Source: Chiloscyllium plagiosum (lineage: Eukaryota). From it: 42,871 bases of DNA. Position 1 is the stretch's first letter. Every line of letters starts with the position of its first letter. The DNA lies in assembly GCF_004010195.1 (NCBI RefSeq), contig NC_057718.1:63470012-63512882 (forward strand), in the 5' to 3' direction. Both the position numbers and the translations under genes were made by a program. Below are positions 11,836 to 24,718 of this stretch, piece after piece. A model generated the notes under the pieces. The model had not been told where the DNA came from and did not search any database. It saw nothing but the letters and a program-made list of their open reading frames with translations.

Positions 11836-12276
11836 AAGTGTGGAATGGTTATAAGAAATGTGTTAGAATAAGATCTGCTGTAGGGAGCTTGCAAGGAGTC
11901 ACCTGGTATCGGCACCATCTTGAATCAAATCTTTAGTCACTTAATCTCACGTCCTCCCCCAAAATTGCAGATTGTCCCATTTGATCTCTTTTTTTATATT
12001 CCCTGCCTTCAGTCACTCAGAATCTATTACATTTCTAAATTTTCCTGGTTCCAATGAAAGGCTCCAGATCCGAAATGTTAATTTTGATTTTGTAAGGTTT
12101 TTTTTCCAGAATTTCGTGTTTTCCAGCACACACAGTTGTTTTGCATTTTTTTTTGGAGAGTTCAAATTGTTCATTAAACTGTTACAATTTCTACAATGGT
12201 AGAAAGCTATCATAATTGAAGCTATCATAATTATTGAATAATATTTAACTTCAGTTTAAATACATAAAACATTTAC

Positions 12277-12449
12277 CTGTGAGTTTGATTGTTGATATCC
12301 AATGCTCCTGCCTGTAGCAGATCGCTTATCTGCTTCCTGTTTCCAAAATATAGTGCAAGATCAGTTGCAATGATGGCTTTCCGAATGATTTCAAGCAACT
12401 GCTCATAATCATCAGCATTCAGACTGGAGAAAATATTATGCCCTTCCAA
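12277..12449 (-). CDS. PDE10A: PDE10A-family internal exon, 173 nt
   Basis: Reads ttttttatttccaccAG|TTGGAAGGG...ACTCACAG|GTaaat. It translates to [57 protein letters not shown](R), phase 0/2, directly continuing the previous exon. Confidence 0.96.
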
Positions 12450-14559
12450 CTGGTGGAAATAAAAAATTCAATAAACAGTACAGAAGCTAATTTTAACTTT
12501 TACAATTTTACTGAAAATTATTTACATTTATTTTGTCACTCAGGTCTCATCTCTAAGAAGTCGCTTTTGTTTAAAATCTCTGTATAGAGAAATTGATCTA
12601 AAAGCAATTAGATTGTATTGTAACAAATAAAAAATCCTTCCACTTCTTGCACCCAGCCACAGGCTCTCCAATGCCACCTGCACCACGTGTTGAATGTAGG
12701 TTTCCATCTGACCTGGTTCTACCATTCCTCCAACAATTATATTTATCACCTTGATCTGTCAAAAAGTATCAAGCCAGCATCATTTCTGCTCAACTTTGTT
12801 AAATTAACTACACAAAAATTTAATTGAATAGAATTGTGAACTCCCGTGGCCCTGCAAACTCGATTGCTGCTACTTCTGATCACTTGGCGGAATCTCTTTA
12901 AAGGCCTGAACCCTCCTTTTCATGCCTTCTATCTCCTGATAGTACACTAGTTCCCCTTCCTTAACAGAAAGCTGATATATTTGGTTCACTTTTCTTTCTC
13001 AACCTTAAATTCAAAAGAGCAAATTGAAGAGCTTCCCTTCAGTGTATAATTCTGTCTTATTAATATGGTGAATGCTTTATTTCACCTAATCTGTTGGATC
13101 CATTTCTCCTGGATCTCAAAACGTACAATAGATGCCATGCACAGTTCCCCAAGGATTTTAAAGTGTTTGCTTCCAGCCCATGTCCCCCTTTGAATTTATT
13201 TTGAATTCAGAAAGTTTACTTCTCTTCATTGGAAATCTGTTCATTTTCACATAATGACAATGAAAGATTATTATCAGACTCAACCTTCAAACCTCAAGGC
13301 TTACTGAACTTCTAGTTGTACACTCTGAGCTTACAAGTTTGCTGTAAAGCCAAATTATCCATCACTTCGAAAGGTTTCAACTAATTCATTAGTATCAGCA
13401 CAGTTTTCAGCAAACTATTCAACTTTGAATCTTGTTCCTGAACACCTATGATGAGTCAGGATATATTCAAAGGCTTTAAGCAGGATTAAACAATATGCAA
13501 TTCTACATAAAATACTAACAACAATAAGGCACAGTCCAAGCCCATTCCAAAGTATCTAGTTTTTTCTCAACTCATTCTGGAGTTGAAGCTTCTTTGTCTC
13601 TGTTTTCAAATACCTGGATTACCTACCACTCCTCCTCTTTCCAATCTGTTCCTTCTTCATAACAAAAGCCTTTTTGACCCATCCAGCAACCTCATTCTTT
13701 TTAGTCAGCTTTTGACAGAGCACAGAATCTTAGTTTCCATCTACAGAATGCAGTCAACCTCCATCCCACATTCAGTTCAACAGTTGAATCCATTCATCTT
13801 TTTCTTTTTCATGTCTGTCAATTGTGCAATGAAAACATTTGGTGGAATTAAATTTAGCATCAGGCATGTTGAGGTCAACACTTCTGACCTCGGAATGGAT
13901 TTTCTCACTTGATCACAAATGTTTCAGCTCGGTACACGTATGAGAGATGTTGTGAAAATTGAAACATATGAGTCAGGTGACCAGGAAGTTCTCACCTTTA
14001 TGGGACTCTCTGGGGTCGAAGGTTCAGATGCCATACTAAAAGACAACCAGATAACCCTTCACCCACTGCAAGCTTGCAGCATCACTGGAGCCTGAACTAG
14101 TCAGTCCCACCACTCGGAGACGTTGCAGAATAGACAGAAACTGGTTGTGAGGTTCAGCGACACTTTGCTGCAAGTTTTGTTCCAGGCTGTCCTTGCCAGA
14201 GATAGCAGCAGGAAGTTTTCACATTTAGATGCGGGTGGGCTGGACTGAGGTCACAATGTATGTCAGCGTGGATGATCCTCACCAAGAGAACCTGAATCAT
14301 GTGCAGGAACAGGATGAATCCTGCATGAGTAAATGGCACCATTCACTGCAAGCTATCACTAATAGATGCATCAGTGTAGCTGTGCAACTGCAGAGGCATA
14401 TCATAAGGTGATCACCTGCAAATATTACACGGATGATGTTGACTGAAGATGACAGTAACCTCATACTGCCAATATTCAACACTATACTGCCAATATTCAA
14501 TATTAGCAGTACAACTCCTAATCATTATTGGGAAGAGCTCAGGACCTGGCTAAGTAACC

Positions 14560-15480
14560 TAATCAAGAGTTCATGCAGCCATTGCCATCAAAAGCAGGAG
14601 TTTTCTTTCTGTTTTCAGGAGATGATGGGCCACGATAGGAGGGAGAGGGCCCAGACAAGCAGAGGGGTGCTGGATGTTTGCATCCGAACTCCATTTGAAC
14701 AGCAGGCAGCAATGCTGGCAGGGGACGTCCATGACCATTCCTGTGCCAATGTAGAGACAGGAATCTTACAAGAAACCAGTGAGGAAGATTGCAATCTGCT
14801 GTCCTTGTGTGCACAGGCAATGCCACACGTTGTCCATATAGGGAACTATGCATCTGCCAGGTCCTGAGGAAGTAGCCCTCACTGCCTAGCAGCCAGCATG
14901 GTCTGAGATGAAGGACATTAAAAGATTCAGGCACTTCTAAGCACTCCAGGATCTAGGAGTTCCTTAGAGATTTTGGTTGGTATGGTCACAAATGATCTGC
15001 ACATTAAGTAGAACCCTTCCCTATTGAGATAGGCAACTGGTTATTGATAGGGTGCTCTGATGGATGTGTGGGAACCATCAATTGCATCCTGCATGTGAGT
15101 AATTTGCTTTGGCAGTGAAGCTGACTGACCTGGCTGCCTGACTCCTGCATTTGAGGGGAACTGCATAAACTTGTGAACTTTAACAAAGACAGCATCAGTC
15201 ACCTCTGGAATACACTCAAGTGGCTGCTGTGAAATTTCACCGAGATTCCCTGTGGCTCTGTGAAAGTTGATGTTCGATGTTATTTTCAAGACAGCCACCT
15301 TAGGATAGAGCCCAAGTTCTTGTGTGGTCATCCAATTGCTGGCAAATGTAGGAAACAATATCTCGAGACATCCTTAGGTAGCTTTGTATTGCCTCTTTGC
15401 CAGCTGCAGATAGTTGGACTGAAGCCATAAATGGGGTTTCTGTCTAGTACTCTTTGTCATCAACATGGCCACTTTTGTCC
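14560..15480 (-). pseudogene. PIF/Harbinger (HARBI1-like) DDE transposase relic
   Basis: Frameshifted peptides occur in the expected order: TGNLGEISQ..CIPEVTDAVF..FMQFP, QDAIDGSHTSIRAP, KGF..NVQIICDH and WLLGSEGYFLRTW (compare GAIDCTH, NRKGFHS.NVQ, WLLGDKGYPL). Confidence 0.8.
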
Positions 15481-17329
15481 TTCATGCTAGACCACAGATG
15501 ATGGCAGCCACTGCTGCTCCCACATACTACACCACCGGTTCCTCATCTTCTGCAAAATGACCAGAAGAATAGCAGTGCTGACTTGTGTCAGTGTTCTCAG
15601 TTTCAAGAGATCTGTAAAATCACTAATTTGACAAATACAGTATCCTTCTCTTGCAGGTTTGTGCTGCAAGCCTCCTCCATATGCACTTGATTGCGAGGAA
15701 ATACCTAGTAATGCCTCCATGTGTTCTCCTCTCCAACCATCACGCATACCATGAAAAGCTCCATCCTATGCCGCTTCATAGGACAGCTCCTTGTGACCAT
15801 ACATTTGTGTGCGTGGATACAGAGCTGGGTATTCACAGTACACCAGTGAAGCTTCCCATGCACAACAGTCATATTCCTTGAAGAATCTCCTGATCTTGCC
15901 TTGGCACGTCGAGCGATCAGCAATCCCTCAGCTCCTATCTTCCAACTCTCCCCCATTCTTTCCCTTAGATGAACTTCCAGCCAGGATTTCAGAGCTTGCT
16001 ATTGGTGGAGCACTTAATAGTTCAAACATACCTCTCTTTCCCCATGTCTGCACCCATACTGGAGACATCACATGATGGTAATCTACCTAAAATGTACTAT
16101 GTCTCCACATGGTTTCAGGGGATCTTGTTGGAATGTGATGCCATGAATCCTGGAGTAAGGCTGGTTATTTGGTGGAACCCAGTTGATCATGATTCTCCAC
16201 CACTGGTCTCATGTCCTTCAATCAGCCAGAAATACTCAAATTTAACTCCTCTCACTCAAAATAAAATCATTCTCCCATACTGAGTGTAGATGGCCTTTTT
16301 CAAACTGAAGGACATTTGTGAATTCTTTCAGATGTGAGATCTTGTTTTCTATTTCAACTAATATTTTCAACTCTCTTCTGTGACTCAGCAAGTTCCCCAC
16401 ATTCTTTACCTCCCAAAGTGCCTTATAATTCTTGATGGCTTTGTGATCTTGCAAACTCCCTGTTTTAGCTGATCCCCTCCACATGATAACTAATTTCTAT
16501 AACCAGCACCCCAAAAGAAGACCAGCACAAAGCAGGTCCCAATGTTACTCCTGCCCCCTTATCATCTCATGATGGGCACCACATGCCTATTACATTTTTT
16601 GATCATTCCACATCCCATGAAATCTTATGCTGTCCAACTCCCATCCTCCTACTAGTCACATCCTTGTATGTGAGCTTCTTGCAGAAAGAACCACATCTGG
16701 ACAGTCACCTCTCTCCTGTGTTCTTCCCTTTCCAGCTATAGCCCCAATTTCCCCAAAGCAGAACACACAGAGGTCCACCAGTCCATTCCTTGACAGTCGA
16801 TGACCAATTTGTGAACTGGTTGTGTCCCACCACTGCCCTACTGATCCTCCCTTCAATTAGCACCTTGCACTTTAACATGACCCTCAACCACAGCCTTCAA
16901 TTCTCCCATTTGTACTTTAGTATGGCCCTTAACTATAGAAAAAACACTTTCGCTATTTGGGCTCTCCATTCCCCTAAGCCACATCTTGCCTTCCTCCCCT
17001 TAAATGCTTTGCCTGTCTTGGGACAGCTTACAATGCAACAATGATTTAAAGGCATGCCACTAGAAGGTAAAACCAGTAGTACTGACAAATAATATATACT
17101 GGTCCTACTCAGGTCATACACATTAAATTGGAGGGCCAGAATAACTGGCACATTTATTTCCAGGTATTACTTCTTTTAAACCTCAGAGTAAGGACAAAGC
17201 ATCAATACTTATCTCAAACTCGAGGAATGAATGAAGGTTGCCAGGTACAGAAACTTCATATGGTGTCAGGTATATGAAGCAACAGTTTTCTCATTTGGGC
17301 AGAACTCTATTACCTGTATGTTGAGTTAT

Positions 17330-17865
17330 TGAGTGATAGAGTCGTAATCATAGAGCACAGAAATAGACCCTAGTCCAATTTGTCCATGCTGACAAAGGTT
17401 CTCAATCAAAACCCATCTCATTTGCCTGCATTTGGCCCATATTTTCTAAATTTTTCCTTTTCATGTACCTGTCCATGTCTTTTAAGTGTTGTACCTGTAC
17501 TTGCATCTACCACTTCCTCTGGCAGTTCATTCCATATATGAACTATCCACTGTGTGAAAAAGTTGCTCCTGAGGTTCCTTTTAAATTTTCCCTTCTCACG
17601 TTAAAATAATGCCCTCTAGTTTTGAACTTCCTCACCAGAGGGGGAAAAAAAAACCTTTGCTATACACCTTACCTATACCACTCATGATTTTATAAATCTC
17701 TATAAGGTCACCCCTTAAATTCCCAAGCTCCAGTGAAAGTAGTCCCAAGCTTATCCAGCCTTTCCTTAAGCCCTCCAGTCCCGGTAAAATCCTTGTAAAG
17801 CTTTTCTGCTGCACCTTTTCCAATTTTACATTATCCTTCCTACACAAGGGTGACCAGAACTATAC
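17330..17865 (-). mobile_element. CR1 LINE 3' fragment
   Basis: Encodes KLEKVQQKSFTRILPGLEGL and LRGDLIEIYKIM, followed by the 3' UTR. Confidence 0.88.
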
Positions 17866-17899
17866 ATGCTGAGCTTTTGAACTGCTGTATTAACCAGAG

Positions 17900-18800
17900 C
17901 ATTCATATGGCTGATCCAGGTTCATTTCTGGATAATGGTCCCAACCCAGAATGTTGATAGTGGTGGACTCAGTGATGGTTAGATTCTGTTATTGCAAAAG
18001 GTCATTGCCTGGCATTTGCGTGGCATGAATGTTACTTGCCCCTTGTCAGCCCAAGTCTGGATATTATTAGCTTAGCTGTGCTCATCACTTGCTGCTAATG
18101 GTGTTTGACACGCCAAGCAGTCCTGTTTTGTAGCTCGACCAGGTATGCTTCCTGCATTCTTCATTGAATCAGGGTTGATCCCTTGGTTTAATGGTCACAG
18201 TAGAGTGGGGAATATGCAGGGCCACGAGATTTCAGATAGTGTTGGGCTGCAATTCAGCTACTGCTGATGGCCTACAGCGCCTAATGAAAGTGCTAGACCT
18301 GTTCGAAATCTGTTCCACTTATCATGGTGATAACATGATGAAGGATATTCTCGATGTGAAGATGGAACTTTTGTCTCCAATGAGGTTTGTGCAGCGCTCT
18401 CTTTTACCAACACTGTCACAGGCAGATTGCTGAAGACGAGGTCAAGTATGTTTTTCTCACTTATTGGTTCCCTTACCCACTGCTGCACACCGGGTTCAGA
18501 TCAATATTCTTTAGAACTTAACTAGCTTGGCAAGTAATAGTGCTACTGAATCATTTGTGGTAGAGATCTTTGAACTCCCCCACCAAGAGTACATTCTTTG
18601 CCCATGATACCCTCAGTATTTCCTGGATGTTAAAAATAGATGAGTACTGATTCATCAGCTGAGGGAGGGAATGGCATATGGTAATCAGCTGGTGGTTTCC
18701 TTGCCCATGTTTGGTCTAATGCCATGACACATCATGGGGTTCAGAGTCAAAGTTGAGGATTCCTATGGCATGCTCCATGACAGCATACAGTATGCTGTCA
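17900..18800 (-). mobile_element. Degenerate LINE (CR1/L2 group), AP-endonuclease region
   Basis: Encodes QWVREP..KNILDLVFSNLPV and a GDFN-like motif (gtgggggagttcaa). Confidence 0.65.
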
Positions 18801-19169
18801 GCTCTACTGTGTCCTCCCCGTGAGACAGGAAACACCAAGGGACCATGATGGTCCATTTGGTCCCCATCATTCAGAAAACTAGAATATTTTGCAGAGGTGG
18901 GAGGAGGAGGGGGGTGGGGTTGGGCGCCTGGAGGGTGATGGTGGTCGACCGTGCATGTGTGTGAAGGGCTGGGGGCTTTGCAAAGCAAAAGAACATGTCG
19001 GCATTGCACAGCAACTATTTTGAAAATCATACCCAGTGTAGGATAGGAAGGGACAGAGTAGACATGCATTAACAAAGCAGCAAACAGGGACAAGGGGGAT
19101 CCAAATAAAAAAAAGCCAACAAAATGTGGCACTTTACAGTATTGAGAATCAATTAAATTAAGTCTAATG

Positions 19170-20240
19170 TGTATGATTAATAGCCAATTAAAAAAACAAG
19201 GTTACGAACAGATCGAAGCTGGGAACTAAATATTCAAGACTATGTGACCTTTCTAATAGAACAGACATGAAGGGAAGGGTGGAGGGAAAGCTTTGTTAGA
19301 AAGAAATGGGATAAGTACATTAGCATGAAATGATCCTGGATTAGATGATGCAGAATCCACATGAGCGAAGGCAAGAGATAATAAGAGGAAGAAGACACTG
19401 ATAATCCCCTAAACCGCTCTTCTATTGAACAAAGAATACATTAGGAGATAATGAGAGTACATAAAAAAGGCAGTATATTAATCATGGGTGACTTTAATTC
19501 TCAATCATATTGGGATCATCAAATTGGAGAGATAGTAATGAGTGTATTTGGATAATTTCCTAAAATAATGTGATCTGGATTAACCAGAGATTAGGCTATT
19601 TTGGATTGGGTAATGTGTAATGAGGTAGATTTAATAAATGATCTCAGAATAAAATATCTCCTGGGGAACAGTGATCATAACACTGGGATTTAACAGTGTT
19701 GAACTTAAATAATGGTATTTACACAGAAATGAGGGCAGAGTTAGCTGGAGTGGAGTGGGAAAGGAGTTTAGCAGAATAGATAGTCGGACAATGGCAGACT
19801 TTAAAAAAAAAGTTTGTGACTCACAGCAAAGATATATCTCAGTCAGGAAGAGGATAAACTGACCATGTTTAACCAGAAAGGTTGAGGATAGTACCAAATC
19901 AAGAAAAAAAAGCATATAAAGACTCGTGGCAAATCAGTATTGTGAAAGTTTTAAAAGCCAATAAAATATGACCAAAAAGTAAAAAAGGATTAAAATAAAA
20001 TATGAGGATAAACTAGTTGGTAGCATAAAAATGGACAGTAGGAGTTTAGTTAAATATGTAGAAAGGAAAAGATAGGCAACTGTGAACACAGACACCTTAG
20101 GGAACAAGGGCCAGGGAAATAATCTAATACTTTGCATCAGTCTTTGTGGTAGAAGACATAATAACATTCTAAATGTACTAAATAATCAAACAGCTAAGTA
20201 GTGATTGTGAGGAGGAGGAAATAAGCAAAGTAACAATTAA
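19170..20240 (+). mobile_element. Degenerate CR1 ORF2 endonuclease region
   Basis: Contains IIMGDFN (atcatgggtgactttaat), AILDWVMCNE and LGNSDHN motifs among many stops. Confidence 0.75.
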
Positions 20241-20329
20241 TAGACATTCTTATTCTGCTTGAGGAATTTAAAAAACGCACTACTTTCTGCAATAAGAACT
20301 CATGTTGGGGACCAAAGGATTGCAAGTAG

Positions 20330-22150
20330 TGGACAAACAGCAACAATAGCTAATAATTACAAGTTAATCTACAACATTTAATCTTTTTATCATCACACCA
20401 AAAATTCAGCAGTGCTAAAAAATGGGAGAGTGAAAGGAAAGCAAGTAGCTTAGGTACAGAATGGATAACTGGGAATATGCCAACATTTCTCAACGTATCT
20501 GAAGAAACAGCACTGAGGGTACAGGCAGAAATCAAAAATAAAGATGTTCCAGAGAAAGCCATGGGGTTTATTGGTTTTCATAAGGAAATTGAAGAGGAAA
20601 CTCAAAAGGAAAGACTCACAGATCAGAATGCAGTTTTAACTACAACTAAAGGACCAGAGATATACATTGCTGTAAGTGCAGAAGTAGTACTTGGAGTTAG
20701 ATGACAAATTTGAAGGAGTTTTGTCTAAAGGAAAGACAACCCCTTTTTCTTCAATGTAAACATGCAACGCCATAACAATACTAAGAGATCAAGGGGTTAC
20801 TTGAAGAAGTACTCAACCAAAATGGAACGGTCTTTGGTTGGTACTTCAATATTTTGAAGTCAATGTCTGACATGATAACAAGGAAAAGTCAATTTTCACA
20901 GAACAGGATTCATCAATTTTAATTCAAGAGCTTGAAATTCAGAACAGGTGGCCATTCAGAATGCAATCTTATGCTTAATATAAAAATTTAAGTCTTATGC
21001 TTAATATAAAAATTTGCGACTGCTTAATATAAAAATTTTGAAAATTGCTTCACATTGTTGGAAAAATATGGCATTGCAGATGCATTGCCCCAAATGTAAA
21101 ATTTTGGAATAAGTTAAAGATTTAAGAAACACTAAGTTTATAAAAGGTTGCATAAATGAGGAGGAAGAATGAATGGACACAAGTCTTCTTTGCTGTTTGC
21201 ATAATTTGCAACAAAATTTAGTTTTTGAAATGGCATTTCATTTTCCTTAAAGGCTGAAGCATGTAAAGACTGTCTTATTTTTCTATCTTAAATTGTGGAC
21301 TGACATTAGAAAAGAACAGTTTTAAAAAAGCAAGGATTGATAGAGGATTGCTGCACCTTTTGAAAGCAGGTAACCTGACACTCACTGTAAACACTGCTGA
21401 TACAGCTACAGTAGGAAAGGTGTGGTTTGCAGAGGACCTGGAGCTTAAGGACTGTGTGCAAATACAGCTTTGATTGACAACAAAAAACTGATTAGTCTAT
21501 GACCAGTCATTGGTGACAAAAGCCTTCTGGCATCGCAGCCTGGGATGTGAACAAGATTAGGAGACATCTCCAGACCTCCACCAACTCAGGAGTTCTCTCT
21601 GTAGTAAAATCTATTTTAAGCCTGAAGAAAATAGTTTTCTTCTTCTGCCATTGCTGTAAGCTGTAACTTTTAATTATAAGTAAGAGAAATTTTATAAGTA
21701 TGAACTGGTTCCCAGTGCAAATTAGTGAAACCTTCAGAGAAGGAAGACCGGGAAGCAATGTTTTGACCAGCCCAAGAGTTACAAGAGTCATCTCAGCAAC
21801 CTTGTGAACAAGAACTACTGAGTCTTACACGCGCACACACACAAGAGCTGGAGTTATAGATAGAGTGTGTTTGAGAGCGAGAAGAGGGGTTTTTAGGGGA
21901 ATTAGAGTTTTCATTAGTAGAGTTATATGCCAAAGGTTCATAATTGTTTATTAATAGCTAAATTCTAATTACTTGCAATAAATAGCAATTTTTGTTAAGT
22001 TTAGAAGCTTGGTCTGTGCTTTCTGTAATCCAGGTCTAAGATAAGTGAACTGGGGGAATTCTATATACTTATTAATATCTTTAACTTTTATGATGACTCA
22101 GAGAAGAATAGGTCCTGATTTTTAGTATACTACCCAAATGAGGAGTGTCA
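20330..22150 (+). mobile_element. Decayed Gypsy-like LTR retrotransposon (RNase H end and probable 3' LTR from ~21262)
   Basis: 21040-21099 encodes KLLHIVGK..GIADALPQM* across a frameshift (compare HIxGKENVIADALSR). An LTR-like block starting tgtaaagac follows. Confidence 0.5.
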
Positions 22151-23380
22151 ATGTGCAGAGTGTGGATTTATTGTTAACAGTTCAGTTACAGTAATATTTG
22201 GAATAAAAAATACTTGTGCAATACAAGTGGAATGTGATCTGTGGAAACCACTCAATAGTAAATTTAATTAAAAATTCTGACTCCAGACGTGAGTGCATCC
22301 AGACAAAAAAGGCCTTAAATTAGTGGTTAAAGATGAAATATTCTGAATCTCTTGTGACAAAGAATCATATGCAGGCTAGGTGGATGTCATGGAGAATGTA
22401 GGGTTATAGGGATAAGTGGAACAGTCAGTTTGGGTGGGCTGCTCTTCGGCGGCTCAATGTGGACTTGATGGCCTGAATGGCCTGCTTTCACACTGTAGGG
22501 ATTCTATGAAAACAAAATAGCAATAAAGCAGCATCATGATACGTTATAAGTTAACATATCATAGATGATAATGCATATGAAAATCTAATTTTAAAATACA
22601 ACAGGACACTGTTATTAGACACACTCATGTAGATTTCACCCCTCCCCCAACTCTGATGTCAGAAGACTTGGTGAAACACTTCTCGTCCCACCACTGTAAG
22701 CAGCTAATCTCCCCACAATGAACCCTGTTCCCAAATAACCTCCTCCCCACACATTCACTTATGCCCTCTCTTCTCTATCCACTCACTCATGCTCTCTGAT
22801 GCCCACTCATACTTAACTACATCTACTTCGCTATCCATTCATTAATGCTCATCATGGACTTCATTAGCAAGCATGTAAAGGACTGTGAGCCAAAGAAGTC
22901 AATCCATTAGTTCCCCAACTAGAAACCATGGATGAACTGGGAAATCCAGAGCCTACTGAAGAACAGGAGTGCAATGTCAAAGTCAGACAACGCTGACATT
23001 TACAGAAAATCCAAATATGACCTCAGTAAGGCCATTAGAGATCTCAAGAGGCAAACTAAGTTAGAGACTCACACTAACCACATGGACACCTACCAAGAAT
23101 GGCAAAGCCTACATGACATAACAGGCTACAAAATGAAGCAGAACAGAACAAAAATACATCTCTCTGATGTACTGAATGCATTTTATGCTCGGTTCGAACA
23201 GGTGGTCAGTGAAACGATGTCACCTGCTCCAACAGCCTTGGATGCACCCGTTCCCTCAGTCACTGCTGCAGATGTCAGATTGGTCTTCACGAGAGTGAAC
23301 CCACAGAAAGCAACTGGTCCAGATGGAGTCCGCTGCTGTGCATTCAGATCCTGTGTGGACCAGTTGGTGTGAGTATTCAT

Positions 23381-23835
23381 TGTAAGAATGGTACATTTTA
23401 GGATACATTTTAGCTTGCTTGAAACTGGTACGTTAAACAAAATGGTGTCGGGGCAGGGTGTGGTTAGCTTGGACATGGCCGAGTGTAAACTAGGAAAACA
23501 AAGAAACTACTGTGAACAGCAAGATAACGAGTGACAAAAGACTTGCCCAACATGTCCCAGCAGTAGCCTGCCCTAACATGTCCCATCAGTAACTGAATTG
23601 GGGGCAGTTGTGCGCGAAACTGCAGGAAATGCCTCTTTTTTAAGAGGTGTAAAAAGCCTTGGTTTGTGTAATTACCCGGGAGAGCGCTTGCAGCACTGCC
23701 TAGTGTGTAAGCACACATCTGGGATTGCTGGGCTCCCCTGCCACGTGGTGAGAAGCAATCAATAAAGGACCTTTAATACTTTAATATTTTTCTTGTTCTC
23801 TCGTTATTAGCAGGAAAACCAAGTGAGCTTTAACA
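23381..23835 (+). mobile_element. Probable solo LTR (455 bp) inserted in the Rex1 element
   Basis: Has TGTAAG...TTAACA ends and AATAAA at 23761. Removing it rejoins the Rex1 sequence gagtattca|ctgacatctttaacctctcc. The TSD is imperfect. Confidence 0.7.
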
Positions 23836-24065
23836 CACTGACATCTTTAACCTCTCCTTGCTACAATCTGAAGTCCCTCCTGACACTAAAGAAAACACAC
23901 GCAATATCCATTGCCTGGTGGCTCTGACCTCCATAATTACGAAATGCTTCGAGAGGTTAGTCATGGCTCATATCAACTCTAGCCTCCAACCTGCCCCAAA
24001 CCCTTGCAATTTCCCAACCAGCGCAATAGGACCACAAGCAGACGCCATCTTCCTAGCCCTAAACT

Positions 24066-24718
24066 TCCTAGCCCAACAGAAATTTACCTGTATCTCCACC
24101 AGTGTCATCTACTGTATCCGCTGCATGCGATGTAGTCTCCTCTACATTGGGGAGACAGGACACCAACTGGTGGATCGCTTCAGAGAACATCTCACACCAA
24201 CCAACCCCACCGTCCCATGGTCGAACACTTCAACTCCCCCTCCCACTCTGGCAAGGACTTGCAGGTCCTGGGCCACCTCAATTGCCAAACCCATACTATC
24301 CGACGCCTGAAGGAAGAACACCTCAACTTCCACCTTGGGGCCCTGCAACCACACAGGATCAACGTGGATTTCATCAGTTTCCTCATCTCCCCTCCCCCCA
24401 CCTTATTCCAGTCCCAAGCCTCCTACTTGGCACCATCCTCCTGACCTGTCTATCATCTTTCCCATCTATCTGTTCCACCCTCCTCTCCGATCTATCACCT
24501 TCTCCCTCATCTCCATCTACCTCTCACATTCTCAGCTGCCTTCCCCCAGACCCCACCTCCCTCCCATTTATCTCTCAACCTCTGGCCCACAAGCCTCATT
24601 CCTGATGAAGGGCTTATACCCGAAATGTCAATTCTCTTGCTCCTCAGATGCTGCCTGACCTGCTGTGTCTTTTGAGCACCACACTCTCAACTTTCCAGCA
24701 TCTGTAATCCTCACTTTC
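24066..24718 (+). mobile_element. 5'-truncated Penelope-like element (GIY-YIG fragment and terminal repeat)
   Basis: Encodes VIYCIRCMRCSLLYIGETGHQLVDRFREHL and VEHFNSPSHS..RRLKEEHLNFHLGALQP. It is flanked by a 15-bp TSD, tcctagccctaaact (24051-24065) / tcctggccctacact (24719-24733). Confidence 0.9.
24597..24634 (+). ncRNA. Minimal hammerhead motif, degenerate
   Basis: Reads CAUUC CUGAUGA A GGGC uuau ACCC GAAA UG UC AAUUC. The core is present, with mismatches in the stems. Confidence 0.55.

Noticed and set aside
12800..13800. AT-rich region with coding-like patches on the minus strand
   Set aside because: Possibly an old TE relic, but no motif could be assigned with confidence.
14463..14504. 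21-bp tandem duplication (also a 15-bp one at ~12204-12233)
   Set aside because: Ordinary slippage-type duplications with only two units and no spacers; not CRISPR-like.
15850..16500. Possible CR1 ORF1 (esterase-like) remnant on the minus strand
   Set aside because: Similarity is too weak to support without a profile search.
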